A DNA stretch of 64,000 nucleotides from Cyanobacteria bacterium P01_F01_bin.150 (lineage in GTDB: Bacteria > Cyanobacteriota > Cyanobacteriia > CAKZMO01): the NCBI GenBank assembly GCA_039189765.1, contig JBCCYL010000007.1, positions 1 through 64,000 on the forward strand, written 5' to 3'. Each line of letters opens with the position of its first letter. The first letter of the stretch is position 1. Positions 60,333 through 64,000 of the stretch are shown one piece after another. The translations under genes and the position numbers were made by a program. The notes beneath the pieces are model-generated. The model was not told where the DNA came from, did no database searches, and saw only the letters and a list, made by a program, of their open reading frames with translations.

Positions 60333-60407
60333 CAATTTTAGGCTGGTAGTGTAGGGGCGTCGCCTTCGCTCTATCTGTGGTTTTGTGTCAGATTAAAGCG
60401 AAACCCC
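60333..60407 (+). repeat. Degenerate copy of the ~84-bp hairpin repeat family
   Basis: CAATTTTAGG-CT-GGTAGTGTAGGGGCGTCGCCTTCGCTCTATC...TTAAAGCGAAACCCC; same length (75 nt) and same ends as 16726-16800. Confidence 0.7.
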
Positions 60408-60632
60408 ACAACTTAGACTTATTAACGATGAGAACCCAAAGCATTTTGCTGTCGATAAAATCGGTCTTCAGCCTAAAGATATGTACAAAGATATCGCTTT
60501 GTACTAAATCCGTAACGGATAAGGGCAAAAGAATCCATTGACCAACAGGACACGATAAAATCCGGAAAGGATGAATTGGTGACGAATAATGCCATTCAAC
60601 CGAAACTCTTCAATTAATTCGGGGGAAAGCCT

Positions 60633-61091
60633 GTGACTGCTATTTTATCGAATGAAGCTGATGTAACAACTGAACATTATGTTGTCTTGGGCCTGGCGAA
60701 CTGCTTTATTAAAGAAGATGGTGAGGTTCATCCAGTCAAAGTGTTGGAACCCATTCCATCAGCGGCATTGGAAGCCTTGATAAAGGGTATCCCCACATCC
60801 TATAGTTTGGCTTATGCTACTCAAATTGGAGCCATCCTCTCTGACGAAGCCCCCACAATGCCCAGTGTTTTTCCGAAAGATGTGCAGCTATGTGATGATT
60901 TTGCAAGCCGAGCAATCGCTGCTGCACGCACTTACCACTCCCGTCCTGAGGCACAAACTCACATTCCGCTGAATACGACCTACGAAACTTTCAACACGTC
61001 TTTAGATCGGAAGCGCGTATTAAATTCAGAAAACATCGTTAGAACAGAAGATAACGTTAAACAGCACTCATATACACATCAAGTTCTTTAA
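60633..61091 (+). CDS. Conserved cyanobacterial hypothetical protein
   Basis: GTG start with a GGGGG RBS-like run. 'YVVLGLANCFIKEDGEVH..KVLEPIPSA.LEAL.KGIPTSY' and 'DNVKQH.YTH.VL' resemble a conserved cyanobacterial family. Confidence 0.8.
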   Translation: MTAILSNEADVTTEHYVVLGLANCFIKEDGEVHPVKVLEPIPSAALEALIKGIPTSYSLAYATQIGAILSDEAPTMPSVFPKDVQLCDDFASRAIAAARTYHSRPEAQTHIPLNTTYETFNTSLDRKRVLNSENIVRTEDNVKQHSYTHQVL

Positions 61092-61108
61092 TTAATTTGT
61101 CTAAATTT

Positions 61109-61666
61109 ATGACTCTCAAACTTTACGGTGGTACCCGTACTCGCGCCTCTATTATTAAGTGGTACCTCGAAGAAAAAAATATTCCCTACGATTTTGTTCT
61201 GCTGGACTTACGAGCTGGGGAACATCAAACATCGGAGTTTTTAGCGATTAACCCGATGGGGAAAGTCCCCGCCATTGTGGATGAGGATGTGACTTGTTGG
61301 GAGTCTGGTGCGATTTTACTTTATTTGGCAGACCATTATGCTCCGACTCCTCTAAGTGCCGCTCACCGTGCGGCTTTAGGGCAGTGGGTAATGTTTGCCA
61401 ATGCAACGCTGGGACCAGGCTTGTTTATTGAAAGTAACAGGGAGAGGGAAGGCGATCGCCTCCTTTCTTCTTTAAACAGCGTTCTGGAAAAATCTGAATA
61501 TTTGGTTGATGATGACCTAAGTGCGGCAGATATTGCCGTTGGGGCCTACTTAGCGTACGCCACTATGATGGTCAAACTCACCTATGAGAACTATGGGGCG
61601 ATCGCCACCTATGTGACTAATCTCACTCAGCGCCCTGCCTTCAAGTCCACCATCGGTGCTCGTTGA
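61109..61666 (+). CDS. Glutathione S-transferase family protein
   Basis: 'KLYGG.RTRASI..WYLEE', 'INPMGKVPAI', 'WESGAILLYLA' and 'SAADI'. Confidence 0.93.
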   Translation: MTLKLYGGTRTRASIIKWYLEEKNIPYDFVLLDLRAGEHQTSEFLAINPMGKVPAIVDEDVTCWESGAILLYLADHYAPTPLSAAHRAALGQWVMFANATLGPGLFIESNREREGDRLLSSLNSVLEKSEYLVDDDLSAADIAVGAYLAYATMMVKLTYENYGAIATYVTNLTQRPAFKSTIGAR

Positions 61667-61772
61667 ATTCTTGCATCGCTTTCGGATGTTAATTTTAGGC
61701 GAATAATGGGGCCTCGTACCTTCATTGACGTTGACTGGGGTTTGTCTGAGAGCAGAACCCCGTTTTTCTTAG

Positions 61773-64000
61773 CTAGAGGCAATTAGAAACAGGCGCTAAG
61801 CTCAAAGATCTGTTGGCGGTCAACTGGATTGAACCATCCGAAGCCACAGTAAATTCTGTAGCTTCTTGAGGATGGGCGTGGATTTTCATGGCAGAGTGAT
61901 TAGTGGGAGGGGCAGAAGAGACTGTTGCGCTCTCAATGGTCTCAGGAATAGTTCCAAAATCAGGAAAAATGTGATACCAGGAGCGATCGCTGTTTCCATC
62001 TGGCTCTGTAGATAACCCACCCTGTCCGATTATGACAAAGTAACTTCCTTGGGCTACGTTACAGGATGTCGAAATAGCTTGAGTCACATCAGTAATGGTG
62101 GTGGGCAGGATGACTGCCGCACTGCTTGGGTCAATGTCGGGAGTTGTAATCTGGACAGTCCCGCTAATTCCTGATTGTGAGCTAGCTGTAATATCGTTCC
62201 CATCTGTCAATCTATCTCTGACGGCTAAGTTAAATAATCCCTCTGTTGTAATTTGAATATTGCCTCCATCTCCATCAAAGGCATTGGCGACAATATCGCT
62301 ATTGCCAGTTGCAGCCAAAAACGGTGATGTAATTGTAATGTTGCCACCATTGCCACCATCTCCCTGCCCTGTACCTGCTTGGGTAGAAATGGCCCCTTCT
62401 CCTCCCCTGTCGGCTAAAATCAAACCCCGATCAATATCGAGAGTGATATTACCGCCACCGCTTTGTTCGCTAAGAGCCGTTATGGCTCCGTTATCTAAAA
62501 TTAGAGTACCGATATCCATTGTTACGTTGCCCGCTCTGGCTTCCTGAGGGAATGACGAGGCTGTAGAAACTGAAGGCGATCTGGATTGAGATCGCGATCG
62601 CCTATTGCTGAATAAACCATCAAAGTTGATTGTGTCTGCACTAGCGGAGACTTCTGCTCCATTTTGAATTAGGAGTAGAGGAGCTGTGACCATAATGTCG
62701 CCGCCTAACCCACTAGCCTCTATTTCAGTCTCTGACGAGAGTAATCGTTGTGCGCCTGCTGATAACCCACTAGCGAATAAACCATCCGAAGGAGAGCGAC
62801 CATCTAATAAAACTTGACCAGATGCTTGAACGGTCAGATTCCCCGCATTCCCCTCACCAAAGGTAGCGGATAAAAACTGCCCTCCGTCTCGAAAGCCTAG
62901 AGTGTTAGTCTCAATCTCGATGTTTCCGGCTGTACCCCTACCAAATGTTGATGTCGTCAATACGGAACCAATAACCTCAATATCTGTTGCTACAACATCA
63001 ATATTTCCCCCAGTACCATCTTTAAAAGCTGAGCTAGCGATAATCCCGCCATTCTGTAAGTGAAGCTGTTCAGAGGTGATTTGAATTTGTCCCGCTTGCC
63101 CTTCTTCTAAGGCAAACGTGCCGATGCCTTGGGTGAAATTATCAGGGCTAAAGGTATTGGTAAACGCAGGCAAAATAGCATTTTGGCGTAAATCTTCACT
63201 GCCCGTACCCATAATATTGATGTCTATGGCTTGAATGTTAATATTGCCTCCATTCCCAGACGTTGTCGTAGAGGCGTTGATTAAGCCATTGTCTAAGATC
63301 AAGTTATGGGTATCAAGGTTAATATCGCCACCGCTGCCTGTGATGGTTGTGGCTGCAATTGTCCCCTGATTTACAAGCTCAGTTGTATTAGTTTCAATCT
63401 CCAGTTCTCCTGAGTCTCCAGAACCCTCCACAATCAAAGATATAGCCGCCTGATCTGAGATTTTTAAGTTGGGAGTTGTAATTGAAATATCGCCAGCATT
63501 CCCCTCCAGACTGTCGTCTAAGCCTAAAACTTGCCGACTCGTGTCATCAACAACAGTCACTTCAGAGCTAATCCGACTCCGAGTCAAGTCATCTGCAAAA
63601 GGGTTAGGAATAGCCCCTCTAACTAAGATTCGCTCTGATGCATGAATATCAAGACTACCCGCATTACCATCACTGATACTCGACGAGTCGATAATATTGC
63701 CATCCAGAATCTCTAATAATCGCGTGTTTATCTCAACAGTTCCGGCATTCCCAGACCCTAGAGTGGCCGAAGAGATTCCAGAGCCACTTAATTGATTGTT
63801 ATTGCCTGTAAGGCGAATGGAATCAGCCTGAATTGAAATATTTCCGCTATTCCCTTGCCCAATTAGGGTAGAAGAGGCAATCACTGCGCCATCTTTTACT
63901 ATCAAATTGCCTGTTTGAAGGTCGATATTTCCGGCATTTCCTCTTCCCCCAATGGCTGTCGCACGAATGGTGCTGACCTCTGTGCCAATTGGCGAGACTA
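61773..64000 (-). CDS. Filamentous-haemagglutinin/S-layer-family TpsA-like exoprotein (5' part beyond window)
   Basis: The frame stays open from 63905 to the window end. GNAG.I.I beta-helix repeats; C-terminal 'NDITASS..G.SG.V.I..PDIDPS' and 'F.I.GQGGL' shared with 36432-39095. Confidence 0.88.
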   Translation of the reverse strand, partial: VSPIGTEVSTIRATAIGGRGNAGNIDLQTGNLIVKDGAVIASSTLIGQGNSGNISIQADSIRLTGNNNQLSGSGISSATLGSGNAGTVEINTRLLEILDGNIIDSSSISDGNAGSLDIHASERILVRGAIPNPFADDLTRSRISSEVTVVDDTSRQVLGLDDSLEGNAGDISITTPNLKISDQAAISLIVEGSGDSGELEIETNTTELVNQGTIAATTITGSGGDINLDTHNLILDNGLINASTTTSGNGGNINIQAIDINIMGTGSEDLRQNAILPAFTNTFSPDNFTQGIGTFALEEGQAGQIQITSEQLHLQNGGIIASSAFKDGTGGNIDVVATDIEVIGSVLTTSTFGRGTAGNIEIETNTLGFRDGGQFLSATFGEGNAGNLTVQASGQVLLDGRSPSDGLFASGLSAGAQRLLSSETEIEASGLGGDIMVTAPLLLIQNGAEVSASADTINFDGLFSNRRSRSQSRSPSVSTASSFPQEARAGNVTMDIGTLILDNGAITALSEQSGGGNITLDIDRGLILADRGGEGAISTQAGTGQGDGGNGGNITITSPFLAATGNSDIVANAFDGDGGNIQITTEGLFNLAVRDRLTDGNDITASSQSGISGTVQITTPDIDPSSAAVILPTTITDVTQAISTSCNVAQGSYFVIIGQGGLSTEPDGNSDRSWYHIFPDFGTIPETIESATVSSAPPTNHSAMKIHAHPQEATEFTVASDGSIQLTANRSLSLAPVSNCL

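Overview
A 64-kb chromosomal window from a cyanobacterium. The evidence is abundant HIP1 octamers (GCGATCGC), psbB/psbT/psbM, the fbp-tal-zwf-opcA operon, cyaC and CHASE2/DUF928/TpsA genes. The lineage cannot be fixed from this window, but no heterocyst genes are present. Most of the window is housekeeping and signalling: OPP operon, PSII genes, nrdR, fabG, three c-di-GMP enzymes, adenylate cyclase CyaC, a CHASE2 Ser/Thr kinase and two filamentous-haemagglutinin-like exoproteins. The standout is an ORF-free array at 59019-60287 of seven small-RNA-like units. Each unit has TCCGGA-N17/18-GTA (a DIF1-type promoter), an invariant 21-mer ATGGTAGATGCACCCTGATTC and a covarying terminator hairpin. This resembles the heterocyst sRNA NsiR1 array, but there is no hetF nearby. 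The second candidate is a tightly coupled pair of a membrane-anchored coiled-coil/Hsp70-actin-fold ATPase and an SNF2 helicase, next to a PD-(D/E)XK nuclease-like gene, which may be a defence system. Also seen: an ISAs1 element end disrupting a frameshifted gene, a four-copy ~84-bp hairpin repeat family (two copies bracket a diguanylate cyclase gene), a perfect NtcA box, and psbT and psbM, which the ORF track missed.
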